64,000 nucleotides of DNA from Bacilli bacterium (GCA_017542465.1 JAFXXB010000008.1:17321-81320); one strand, 5' to 3'; positions 40,370 through 49,369 are shown, counted from the first letter of the stretch. Program-made: numbers and translations. The notes: generated from the sequence alone by a model not told the origin.

Positions 40370-41062
40370 TTAATTTTTAAAGAATTTTGTAAATGTTTCT
40401 TCTTGATCTTTTAATACTTCTTCAGTTAATGGATCAAATGGACTCTTTAACTTAGGACTTCTTAAACTCATGTATTTAACACACTTACCATCTTTAAAGT
40501 AGAAATGATCTCCACCAAATGTTCTCTTAACTCCAACATTATAAGTTTTACCATCTTTATCAATAGTATAGTCTTGTGCATAATCTTTAACTGCTTCAAT
40601 TATTTTCTTATAAGCATCAGTAGCTTCTTGTGTTTTAGTAAATGTAGCTTTACCTTTTTTATTTACTTCAACTGTATATAAATCTCTTAATATTTCTTTA
40701 TGATTATCATCCCAGAAATCAATATAATAGATATTTTTAATTCCTTCCTTCTTAGCTACTTCTATAGCTTTTTCAAGTCCAGATCTACACCAAGGGCATA
40801 AAGGATCACCAACATATAAATAGAATGTTTCTTTATTTTCTATTTTCTTAACAATTTCATTTGGATCAACTTTAACATAAGGATTATCTTGAGCGATATC
40901 TAATTCCTTATATTTTAAATCATCTTTAATAACCTTATTATTAATAGATTCATATTCTTTTTTAAAATCTAATGCTTCCTTTCTATACTCTTCTGTACAT
41001 CCACTTAATACGAATGCACCAACTAATAGTACAAGTACTAATAGTATACTTCTCTTTTTCAT
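40370..41062 (-). CDS. thioredoxin-fold lipoprotein with CPWC motif
   Basis: Signal peptide plus lipobox (VLSGC). CxxC active-site-like motif DPLCPWCRS. Confidence 0.5.
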   Translation of the reverse strand: MKKRSILLVLVLLVGAFVLSGCTEEYRKEALDFKKEYESINNKVIKDDLKYKELDIAQDNPYVKVDPNEIVKKIENKETFYLYVGDPLCPWCRSGLEKAIEVAKKEGIKNIYYIDFWDDNHKEILRDLYTVEVNKKGKATFTKTQEATDAYKKIIEAVKDYAQDYTIDKDGKTYNVGVKRTFGGDHFYFKDGKCVKYMSLRSPKLKSPFDPLTEEVLKDQEETFTKFFKN

Positions 41063-41155
41063 ATTCTTTCCTCCTTCATTGATAACTTAATTATACATAA
41101 ACAAAAAAACTAACAAAATAAATTGTTAGTTGAATTAACTAAACTATAGGTTGAG

Positions 41156-41845
41156 TTAACATTCATCATCAAAATGTAATGGAATATCATATGTTATTTT
41201 TCTGCTACCATCTTTTGCTTCTATAGTTAATACTAATGTATCTTCTTTATATATCTTACATGATTGTTCAAAGTGATCAACTTTTATTTTTAATTCACTT
41301 AAATAATCCTCTAGTTTAATATTATTCATTTCAGTACATGTATAAATAGTTTTATCATTTTCTTTTAATATACATGTAATAGATTCATATTTATTAACAT
41401 CATCACCACCACAGTAATTAATGTTATTAATGAATATTGAAGAGTTATTTTTATCATATGCAATTGAACCTGTTACTTTAAATGCATCACATGTAGTTGA
41501 TAATGTTTTAAAATTAAATTTAGGTTTATTATAATTTGCAACAAATATTATAACTGCTATACCTATTAATATTATTAAAGGAATTATAAATAATAAAAAT
41601 GTATTTTTCTTTTTAACTTCTTTTTTTATATTATTACCATCTAAGAAATCATTCACATCTATATTATAATCATTACATATTTCTTTTATTAATGATATAT
41701 CAGGTAAATTAGTACCATTTTCCCATTTAGATACAGCTTGATATGTTACACCATATTTATCCGCTAAATCTTTTTGAGTTAAATGATTATCTAATCTTAT
41801 TTGTTTAATTAAGTTTCCAACTTTCTTTGGATCCATAATAACCAC
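41156..41845 (-). CDS. membrane-anchored XRE-family HTH regulator (HTH - TM - extracytoplasmic domain)
   Basis: N-terminal HTH_XRE (LTQKDLADKYGVTYQAVSKWENG). TM helix FLLFIIPLIILIGIAVIIFV. C-terminal ~120-aa Cys-containing domain. Confidence 0.6.
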   Translation of the reverse strand: MVIMDPKKVGNLIKQIRLDNHLTQKDLADKYGVTYQAVSKWENGTNLPDISLIKEICNDYNIDVNDFLDGNNIKKEVKKKNTFLLFIIPLIILIGIAVIIFVANYNKPKFNFKTLSTTCDAFKVTGSIAYDKNNSSIFINNINYCGGDDVNKYESITCILKENDKTIYTCTEMNNIKLEDYLSELKIKVDHFEQSCKIYKEDTLVLTIEAKDGSRKITYDIPLHFDDEC

Positions 41846-41858
41846 CTAGATAAATTAT

Positions 41859-41883
41859 AACATAAAAAAAGAAGATATTTAAT
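41859..41883. terminator. rho-independent terminator (AAGAAGAT-ATTTA-ATCTTCTT)
   Basis: Stem-loop flanked by A- and T-runs between two minus-strand genes. Confidence 0.45.
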
Positions 41884-41887
41884 CTTC

Positions 41888-42490
41888 TTATTTTATTATT
41901 TTTATTTTATTAATAACAGGTAATTCTTTCTTTAAACCTTGAATAGCCCAGATTAAACCAATTAAGCTTAATACCCATACAGCAGTTGATACTAAACTAA
42001 CTAATGTACCAGCAAATGGAACATGAGCAAGTCTTAATACATATGTTACAAGTCCACCAAAGATATTAATAATTAATTGGATAATAAATAAATTAGATCC
42101 TTGTTTAGCATGGAATAATGCATATTCAGTTTTAGGTTTAATAACATATAATACTATTAAAGATAAAACTCCTAAATATGATAATACTCCATATAACTTA
42201 TCATTTTCTTGTAATCCATCTTCTGTTGTAGTTCCTGTTGTTTCAGTTGTTGTTGGTTCAATTGGTTGAGTAACTTCTAGTGTTGCTGGTGCAGTAGGTT
42301 CAACTGGAGCTACTGGTTCAGCAGGTGCACTTTCTACAACTGGTGTTGGTTCAACTGGTTGAGTTACCACAGGTGCAGTTGGTGCTACAGGTGCAGTTGG
42401 AGCAACTGGTTCAGCTGGTGTAACAGGTTCTGTTGGTTGAACTGGTTCAACAGGTGTTACATTATTATTTAAATTATTATTTTCATTCAT
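41888..42490 (-). CDS. Pro-rich N-terminus / DUF4870-like multi-pass membrane protein
   Basis: PVEPV/PTAPVA repeats followed by three to four TM helices (YGVLSYLGVLSLIVLYV...). Confidence 0.4.
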   Translation of the reverse strand: MNENNNLNNNVTPVEPVQPTEPVTPAEPVAPTAPVAPTAPVVTQPVEPTPVVESAPAEPVAPVEPTAPATLEVTQPIEPTTTETTGTTTEDGLQENDKLYGVLSYLGVLSLIVLYVIKPKTEYALFHAKQGSNLFIIQLIINIFGGLVTYVLRLAHVPFAGTLVSLVSTAVWVLSLIGLIWAIQGLKKELPVINKIKIIK

Positions 42491-42560
42491 ATTTCATTTC
42501 TCCTCTATATTAATTATATCAATAAAAAAGTAGATATTTACAAAATATCTACTTACTTTA

Positions 42561-43088
42561 CTAATTCTTTATAATATTTTTGAACTTAGATAAATCAAAT
42601 TCATTCTCTAATTTATAACCTATACTCTTTTTTAATGATTTAATCTCATCAACCAATACATTATAACGTATACCAGTTATTAAAGATAAACTCATAATAA
42701 ATGAGAACACTATTAATGAGAATAATAATAATCTTATATCACCCATACCAAATGAAGCACATACTGTTATAAATGATAATAATAACATTATTATACTTAT
42801 CAATAATATAAATAATCTAATATTAGATTCAGATTCATATTCATCTATTTTCTTAGCTATTTCAATCTTACATCTAATAATTACTTGATCTAATTTTTTA
42901 ATATTTTCTTTATTGTTAGCAATAATTCTTGTTTTACCAACATTTGATTTAACTTCAATATGACCTTTATCTAATATTCTATATGATATTACATATTTAT
43001 TAATATCATGATCATCATGCTTTCTACTTATCATATCTTGGTATAAATCTTCTACTACAGAAAATACTTTTTTCTTAAACAAACCCAT
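42561..43088 (-). CDS. hypothetical membrane protein (175 aa)
   Basis: Two to three predicted TM helices in the C-terminal half. Confidence 0.35.
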   Translation of the reverse strand: MGLFKKKVFSVVEDLYQDMISRKHDDHDINKYVISYRILDKGHIEVKSNVGKTRIIANNKENIKKLDQVIIRCKIEIAKKIDEYESESNIRLFILLISIIMLLLSFITVCASFGMGDIRLLLFSLIVFSFIMSLSLITGIRYNVLVDEIKSLKKSIGYKLENEFDLSKFKNIIKN

Positions 43089-43144
43089 ACCAATTCACCC
43101 CTGAATTGATAGTTATTATATATCAAAAAAGGCCAGTATGCAAA

Positions 43145-43726
43145 TTACTGACCATCATTATTACGTGTTCTTTTTAATATCTTAACATTATCTTCTGTAA
43201 CATCTTTAAAGTTTACTTCTAATCCATCTATTCCACGTATATCTCTATAGTTTACACATTCTACTCCACATTCTTTAAACATAATTAATACACTTTCAAC
43301 ATCTTCTTTAATAGATTCACTCATTCTATAGTCTAAATAAACTACTTTTTTTACTCCTCTATGTATCATTTGTTTAGCACAGTTAGAACATGGAAATAAT
43401 GTAACATAACATGTAGAATTAGTATAATCTTTTTCTTTTAAACCATCTATTTCTCCATGAATAATATATGGATATTTAGTATTATGTAATTCCTTAGCTC
43501 CACCTTTAAACGGAAATGTATTTATATTCCATTTATAAGGTGAATGATTATATCCAAATGAAATGAATTCACCATCTTCACTTACATAACAAGCACCAAC
43601 TCTTGTTGATGGATCATTACTTCTAAGTGATGCTACTCTTGCAATCATCATCCAGTAATCATCTTCATTAAATTCTAATTCTCTAGCTCCACCTTTATAT
43701 TCATCTGATATTTTATAATCATTCAT
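43145..43726 (-). CDS. dCMP deaminase (ComEB-like) / cytidine-deoxycytidylate deaminase family
   Basis: Zinc-binding motifs HGE (HGEIDG) and PCxxC (PCSNCAKQM) with correct spacing. 193 aa. Confidence 0.6.
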   Translation of the reverse strand: MNDYKISDEYKGGARELEFNEDDYWMMIARVASLRSNDPSTRVGACYVSEDGEFISFGYNHSPYKWNINTFPFKGGAKELHNTKYPYIIHGEIDGLKEKDYTNSTCYVTLFPCSNCAKQMIHRGVKKVVYLDYRMSESIKEDVESVLIMFKECGVECVNYRDIRGIDGLEVNFKDVTEDNVKILKRTRNNDGQ

Positions 43727-44382
43727 CTTGCTTTACCTCTTCCTATGATGTGCTCTTTAATTATATCACGATATCTATCATTAAGTGATTTATAATGTTG
43801 TTCCTCTTCTTCAGGTGTTCTTTCTGCAAAGTACTTTTCAGCATCTAAATCATAACTAATACATTCTAGTATACCACCTTTTAAATTCACTCTTTTACAT
43901 TTATTAACAGTTAAAAGAAATTCTTCTTCCTCAATAGTATCTGATGTAACATTACCATTTTCATCTATTACACATACACCTGTGTAATAATGAGCTAAGC
44001 TTCTACCATTATATTCTTTTAATTTATTAATATAATAGTTTAATATCTCATCATCAGATAATCCTTCTTTTCCATTTACTCTTTTAACATATAAGCCTGG
44101 TTGTTCATCTTCTCTAAATTTATCTATATATAACCCTGAATCTTCTGCTATTGTTGGAATACCTGTAGCATCATAATAAGCTTGAGCTTTAATCGTTGCA
44201 TTTTCTTCTGCAGTTCTTCCATTTTCATCTACATCTATATGTACACCTAACATTTTAGGATTAACTAATTCTAATTCTTCAAAACAAGATAATCTATCTT
44301 GCATTAATTTAAATTTAAAATCATTTCCTGTGGCGAACAATAACTTCATCTTCTTCAACACCTTCCCAATAATCTTCATCAT
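43723..44382 (-). CDS. Ham1/RdgB-family non-canonical NTP pyrophosphatase (ITPase-like)
   Basis: LLFATGNDFKFK (RdgB has ATGNxGK), ENAxxKA and PTIAEDSGL...PGLY (RdgB has ADDSGL...PG). The true start is probably the internal Met (MKLLFATGN), removing most of the 62-nt overlap with the NUDIX gene. Confidence 0.5.
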   Translation of the reverse strand: MMKIIGKVLKKMKLLFATGNDFKFKLMQDRLSCFEELELVNPKMLGVHIDVDENGRTAEENATIKAQAYYDATGIPTIAEDSGLYIDKFREDEQPGLYVKRVNGKEGLSDDEILNYYINKLKEYNGRSLAHYYTGVCVIDENGNVTSDTIEEEEFLLTVNKCKRVNLKGGILECISYDLDAEKYFAERTPEEEEQHYKSLNDRYRDIIKEHIIGRGKAR

Positions 44383-44887
44383 TCAAGGGTAATTCAATAC
44401 CATCTTCTTCATCATATTCAACTATATCATTTTTAGTTGGAACATTTATTTTCTTTTTAGAAGGAAAATATCTATAACCAACTGTTTCCTTAAGTGCTTC
44501 TACTACTTTTATATCAGCTGGTAACCAATCTAATTCTTCTAAATCCTCTAATTCTAACCATATTAAGTTATCATGTTCTAAATGATTATTATCATGATAT
44601 ACAAAATTAATATCATTCTTTAATGTACATAGATATACATCCATATCAAGTACAAAATCAGGATAATCATATTTTACATTCATATAAGGACTAACATAAT
44701 AAAGATCTGCATTTAATTCTTCCTTTATTTCTCTAATTACTGCTCCTTTAGAAGTTTCACCATCTTTTATTTTACCTCCAGGAAACTCCCATTTACCTTT
44801 AAAATCACCATAGCCTCGTTGAGCCGCTAATATACATCCGTCTTTTCCTATAATAGCTGCTGCAACATAAATTGTTTCTTTCTTCAT
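44321..44887 (-). CDS. NUDIX hydrolase (MutT-like)
   Basis: Nudix box GGKIKDGETSKGAVIREIKEELNA (Gx5Ex7REUxEExGU). Confidence 0.7.
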   Translation of the reverse strand: MKKETIYVAAAIIGKDGCILAAQRGYGDFKGKWEFPGGKIKDGETSKGAVIREIKEELNADLYYVSPYMNVKYDYPDFVLDMDVYLCTLKNDINFVYHDNNHLEHDNLIWLELEDLEELDWLPADIKVVEALKETVGYRYFPSKKKINVPTKNDIVEYDEEDGIELPLNDEDYWEGVEEDEVIVRHRK

Positions 44888-44988
44888 TTTTTACCTCTCC
44901 ATTTCTTGTTTGCTAAGTTCATTATAAAATAGATAAGGTATATTGAAAAATGAATAATAGAAATAATAGATATTCCTTGCAGGAATAT

Positions 44989-45885
44989 CTACTTAATATC
45001 GTAATTTATATAATCTTCAATAAATCTCTTTGGAGCATTAGTTAAGAATCTTCTATTAAATACTAATACTATGTCAGATGTCGGTAATTCCTCGGCTACA
45101 TCGATAATCTTATAGTTATCATCGTTCTTAATTAAATCAGAAATTATATAACCTACACCTAAATCATTCTTAACTGCATTTAAAATAACTTCACTTGTAT
45201 GTATATTAATTACTTTACGTGGTTTTACATTATATTTAATAAATAATTCATTTAACATCTTTCTATTACTAGTTCCTTCAATTGGTAATACTAAAGGAAT
45301 ATCTTCTAAATCTTTAATAGATTTAATATTTTTATATTGATCATATACTTTACTATTACATATAAATGTATATTGAGTCTTAGTTAAATCTATTATTGTT
45401 AAATCCATATTATTTGTTTTAATAGGAGATGTATCAATTATAAAGTCTATTGAGTGTTTATTAATTAAATCTAATAATTGTCTTGTAGGACCACTTACTA
45501 AAGTTATCTCTATATTAGGATATTTCTTATGAAAATCTATAATCTTATCAAAGAAGAAGAATGATGCTATATGTGAAGGTAAACCGATATTTAATGTTCC
45601 TCTTTCTAAGTTTTCAGACTCTAACATTAATCTTTCAGCAGTTAATAAATTACCATATGATTTTTCAACATAATATAATAGTTCTCTTCCTTTTTCAGTT
45701 AATTCTATACCATTTGAATTTCTATAGAATAATTGAGTTTCTAATTCTTCCTCTAACTTTTTAATAGATTTAGATATTGCTGATTGAGTAGTATAAGTAA
45801 ATTCAGCAGCTTTAGAGAAACTACCATATTTAGCTACATCATAAAATACTTTATATAGATTTAGATTAATATTTCCTTTTAACAT
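44989..45885 (-). CDS. LysR-family transcriptional regulator (paralog A)
   Basis: 298 aa. N-terminal LysR HTH (LYKVFYDVAKYGSFSKAAEFTYTTQSAISKSIKKLE) and a C-terminal substrate-binding domain. Confidence 0.8.
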   Translation of the reverse strand: MLKGNINLNLYKVFYDVAKYGSFSKAAEFTYTTQSAISKSIKKLEEELETQLFYRNSNGIELTEKGRELLYYVEKSYGNLLTAERLMLESENLERGTLNIGLPSHIASFFFFDKIIDFHKKYPNIEITLVSGPTRQLLDLINKHSIDFIIDTSPIKTNNMDLTIIDLTKTQYTFICNSKVYDQYKNIKSIKDLEDIPLVLPIEGTSNRKMLNELFIKYNVKPRKVINIHTSEVILNAVKNDLGVGYIISDLIKNDDNYKIIDVAEELPTSDIVLVFNRRFLTNAPKRFIEDYINYDIK

Positions 45886-45938
45886 ACAAACACCTCTCGT
45901 TAATTATTATAAATAAAAAAATACTTTATTCAAGTATT

Positions 45939-46337
45939 TTATTTTTCATTTATTAGTTTATCTAATACAGCATTTATCATTTTACGTACTGAATCATCAG
46001 AATATTTCTTAGCTAATTCAATAGCTTCATTGATAACTACTAAATCAGGTGTATCCATATATTTAAGTTCGAATATAGACATTCTTAATATTGCTCTACC
46101 CATTGAATCTAATCTATCAATAGTCCAATCAGTTAAGTTATTATTAGCTATTTCATCTATATCATTCATATATGTAGTAGTTCCATATACCATATCTTTT
46201 ACAAATTCATTTTCTATTTCAAGGTTTTCTTTAATTACATCATCTATATTATATTCAATCTTATTTTTAGTATATAATTCTATTTGATATAAAATAGTCA
46301 TGACCTTTTCTCTTAATTCAGATCTAGTTAATCCCAT
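45939..46337 (-). CDS. nusB: Transcription antitermination factor NusB
   Basis: NusB-like helical protein. The probable start is the internal Met (MGLTRSEL) at 46335-46337 with a GGAGG RBS at 46345-46350. The listed ORF extends 12 codons further upstream. Confidence 0.75.
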   Translation of the reverse strand: MGLTRSELREKVMTILYQIELYTKNKIEYNIDDVIKENLEIENEFVKDMVYGTTTYMNDIDEIANNNLTDWTIDRLDSMGRAILRMSIFELKYMDTPDLVVINEAIELAKKYSDDSVRKMINAVLDKLINEK

Positions 46338-46373
46338 AATTATTCCTCCTGCGCGTAATGTATTATAACACAC

Positions 46374-47003
46374 TTATCTCTTATATTCTAATACTTTTGT
46401 TTTTGCTAAATAATCTTGTAATGACATATTATCTTTATTAAACAAAAATATACATAATGCCGCTAATTCTATTATTAAAGTTATACCAAATATAGTAAAT
46501 ATTGGTAAGAATGCTGTGTTTACTGATAATACTCTAGGTAATATAATAGCAAATAATGTAAATATTGGATTAATAAATAATAATTGTGATCCTAATAATA
46601 ATGATCTAACAAATAAACTTATTATTCCAGGTTTAGTATTCTTTTCATTCACTACCTTAAGTTTTAAGAATACACATCCAAGCGTTCTTCCTTGATTAAA
46701 GAATGCAAATACTACAAAATATAAAAAGTATATACCTAAATATAATGCAAACTCATACACTTGTGATTTAATCAAATCGTAATATTCTTGTCCTGCATAA
46801 TCTTTAAGATAACTATATGCATCCTTTTGTTGAAAATATTCATCATAATTAATATTGGACATCTTAGATGTTACTGCTTCTCTATATCTATCAACATCAT
46901 CAGTATTAAAATTCAATATAGGTGAATTAATTATTAATGCTGATAAAAAACATAAGAATATCATATCAATTGTATATGCAATTATTCGTTTAAACTTTAA
47001 CAT
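46374..47003 (-). CDS. RDD-family-like integral membrane protein
   Basis: 209 aa, three to four TM helices. N-terminal K-R-IIAYTIDMIF pattern resembles RDD family proteins. Confidence 0.35.
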   Translation of the reverse strand: MLKFKRIIAYTIDMIFLCFLSALIINSPILNFNTDDVDRYREAVTSKMSNINYDEYFQQKDAYSYLKDYAGQEYYDLIKSQVYEFALYLGIYFLYFVVFAFFNQGRTLGCVFLKLKVVNEKNTKPGIISLFVRSLLLGSQLLFINPIFTLFAIILPRVLSVNTAFLPIFTIFGITLIIELAALCIFLFNKDNMSLQDYLAKTKVLEYKR

Positions 47004-47034
47004 ATAATCACCTAAATATATTATAACAAAAAAA

Positions 47035-47053
47035 TAAGAGTATTAAACTCTTA
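47035..47053 (-). terminator. stem-loop TAAGAGT-ATTAA-ACTCTTA plus T-run, sitting about 25 nt upstream of the RBS of the RDD-like gene; terminator or attenuator
   Basis: 7-bp stem followed by TTTTTTT on the minus strand, then TATAAT-like and AGGTGA sequences and the ATG at 47003. Confidence 0.4.
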
Positions 47054-47410
47054 TTTTCCCCTTTTTATTTCTTGTATACAATTAAATATATCAATTGTTA
47101 ATATAACTGTACAAAGATTTAAAAGAATAGTGTATTGTGCATATAATGCATTCTTTTGAAATTTATATGGTTTGTTTTGTAGTTAAGAAATTATTATTGG
47201 TCTATTATAGACTATAAGTAAGCTACATCAACAATTGATACCTAAAAAATTTCCCCTTTTTATTCTGTCCCCTTTTGACACCAACTTGAAAACATTTCCT
47301 TCAAGTTATTTGTTATTATATGCACATCTACTATTCTTGTAAAATACCAATTTTCTATACTATATACAACAATTATGAAATACTATAACTTATATTTATA
47401 TATAACATAA

Positions 47411-48319
47411 CTATTTGTTATCTTCTGAGTTTAAATACTTAGAAATAAACATCTTAGGAGCATCTGTTAAGTATTTATCTATATAACCTAAGTTAATTGT
47501 AACAGATGGTAATTCTTCTTTAATATCTAATACTTTAACTAAACCTGAATTAACATCTTTTGCTATTACATCTTCAAGTATATAACCAACACCTAAACCT
47601 TCAAGTATAGATGAAGCTATCATCTCAGATGTTTCAATTGATAATATATTTGTACATACTACATCTTTTTCTAGCATTAATTCATTTAATCTCTTTCTAT
47701 GAGATGAATGAGGTACTGGAAGTATTAAAGGAACATTTTCTAAATCTTTAATACTTTCAGCTTTAATATCTAAATCACTTCTACATGCAAATACATGATA
47801 TGACTTAGTTATTGGTTTAATCATTAATTCTCTTTCAGACTCTGTAATAGGAGAAGTATCTATTAAGAAATCTATTTCATGTTTATCTAATAATTCAACT
47901 AATTCTTTTGTTGATCTAGATATAACTGATACTTCTATATTAGGATAATCTTTATGGAATTTAGCTACTTTATTAAATAAGAAGAATGAAGCTATGTGTG
48001 AAGGACATCCAATAGTTAATTTACCCTTATCTAAACTTGTAGTTTCCATCATTTCTCTTTCACCTATTTTAAGTGAATTATATGCATCTTCTACATATTT
48101 TAATAAATCTTTACCTTTTTCTGTTAGAACCATACCATTTAATGTTCTATAGAATAAAGTAACATTTAAATCTTCTTCTAACTTTTTAATTGATCTTGAT
48201 ATAGCTGGTTGAGATATCATTAAGTTTTTAGATGCTAATGAAACTGAACCATAGTTAGCTACATCATAGAATATCTTATATAAGTTTAAGTTTAAATTAC
48301 TATTATACATGTCTTCCAC
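47411..48319 (-). CDS. LysR-family transcriptional regulator (paralog B)
   Basis: 302 aa. Clear paralog of 44989..45885 (NLNLYKIFYDVANYGSVS...PAISRSIKKLEE). Its start overlaps the 3' end of the upstream radical SAM gene by 17 nt. Confidence 0.8.
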   Translation of the reverse strand: MEDMYNSNLNLNLYKIFYDVANYGSVSLASKNLMISQPAISRSIKKLEEDLNVTLFYRTLNGMVLTEKGKDLLKYVEDAYNSLKIGEREMMETTSLDKGKLTIGCPSHIASFFLFNKVAKFHKDYPNIEVSVISRSTKELVELLDKHEIDFLIDTSPITESERELMIKPITKSYHVFACRSDLDIKAESIKDLENVPLILPVPHSSHRKRLNELMLEKDVVCTNILSIETSEMIASSILEGLGVGYILEDVIAKDVNSGLVKVLDIKEELPSVTINLGYIDKYLTDAPKMFISKYLNSEDNK

Positions 48320-49175
48320 CTCCTTTAGTTGGATATACTTTTAAATCATCATAAACATGTTCAACACCATTTTCAGATTTCTTTAATAATCCGTTTGGAC
48401 TGACTATTAAGTTATTATCTATATCTTCATAATCTCGAATAGATACATTTAAATAATTACTTGATAATCTATTATAATATTCTTGTATTTTCTTAAAATC
48501 TTCATCAGGAACTTCAAATATATTCTTATTTGTTATTGCAGCACCTCTTAATGCATAGAATCTTAATAATTTCCATTTTGCTATCTTATAATTTAATAAT
48601 CTTGAATATATATCTTTACCTACATTATCTAAGTTTTGATATTTACTATTCTCATCTTTTAATATTAATGTATTAATATTTATTTTTAATTGATTTTCAT
48701 CATATTTTTCTCTTATCTTTGGAATAATATCAAATAAATGCTTTGAAGAATCAATCCCACTTCCTTCAAGCTGATAATCTATATCTTCTCTACCTATTTG
48801 TTCATTATAATAAGTACTTGTTGAATCACATGAGAAAGTTATTTGATCTAAATATGGTAATATTTCATCCATATTATCTTCATTTAATAAATATCCATTT
48901 GTAACAATAGAACAAGAGAATCCTAAATCATGTGCTGCTTTAATTAATGGTTTAATACCATAATAGCCTAGAGGTTCTCCACCAGCAAAAGTAATCTTTT
49001 TAATAGGATAACCACCTAATCCTTCATTATATATACGATTAAGGATAGCTAAATTATCTTCTAAAGGTAATTCTTTTTCATTTAATTCTCTAAAACAGAA
49101 TTTACAAGTCATATTACATCTATTACTAATATTCCAGCAAAAAGAATCATACATATTTGTATCAATACTAGACAT
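48303..49175 (-). CDS. radical SAM enzyme with viperin-like motifs (candidate prokaryotic viperin, pVip)
   Basis: CX3CX2C cluster CNMTCKFCF, preceded by N-I-S-N-R. ITFAGGEP. SIVTNG. FSCDS...IGRE, which resembles viperin ISCDS...IGRG. C-terminal KWKLLRFYALRG (viperin RWKVFQCLLIEG) and VPDEDFKKIQEY (viperin IGDEEFERFLER). No auxiliary C-terminal Cys cluster. The probable true start is MSSIDT at 49175 with a G-rich RBS. Confidence 0.55.
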   Translation of the reverse strand: MSSIDTNMYDSFCWNISNRCNMTCKFCFRELNEKELPLEDNLAILNRIYNEGLGGYPIKKITFAGGEPLGYYGIKPLIKAAHDLGFSCSIVTNGYLLNEDNMDEILPYLDQITFSCDSTSTYYNEQIGREDIDYQLEGSGIDSSKHLFDIIPKIREKYDENQLKININTLILKDENSKYQNLDNVGKDIYSRLLNYKIAKWKLLRFYALRGAAITNKNIFEVPDEDFKKIQEYYNRLSSNYLNVSIRDYEDIDNNLIVSPNGLLKKSENGVEHVYDDLKVYPTKGGGRHV

Positions 49176-49307
49176 AATACCCCCCCTAACGAATTTATTG
49201 GTGTATATAATATAACAAAAAGTTATAAAAAGCAAATAAATTATAAGTATAAGTTATAGGAAAAATAGGCTTTTTTTAATAAAAATCAACATTTTTATCA
49301 TAAATGT

Positions 49308-49336
49308 TTGCATATTTTATCAATATTTGGTAAAAT
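49308..49336 (+). promoter_or_regulatory. sigma-70-type promoter for rpsT (TTGCAT-17nt-TAAAAT)
   Basis: Hexamers with a 17-nt spacer, 34 nt upstream of the rpsT ATG. RBS AAGGAAGGAG. Confidence 0.45.
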
Positions 49337-49369
49337 CTTATATGTATTTGAAGGAAGGAGAGAAACTTC

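Noticed and set aside
48303-49235. Calling the radical SAM ORF the NrdG activase for the nrdD at 4548..6704
   Set aside because: At 290-310 aa it is far too long for NrdG. It is 42 kb from nrdD. It carries SIVTNG / FSCDS and a viperin-like C-terminal extension rather than NrdG features.
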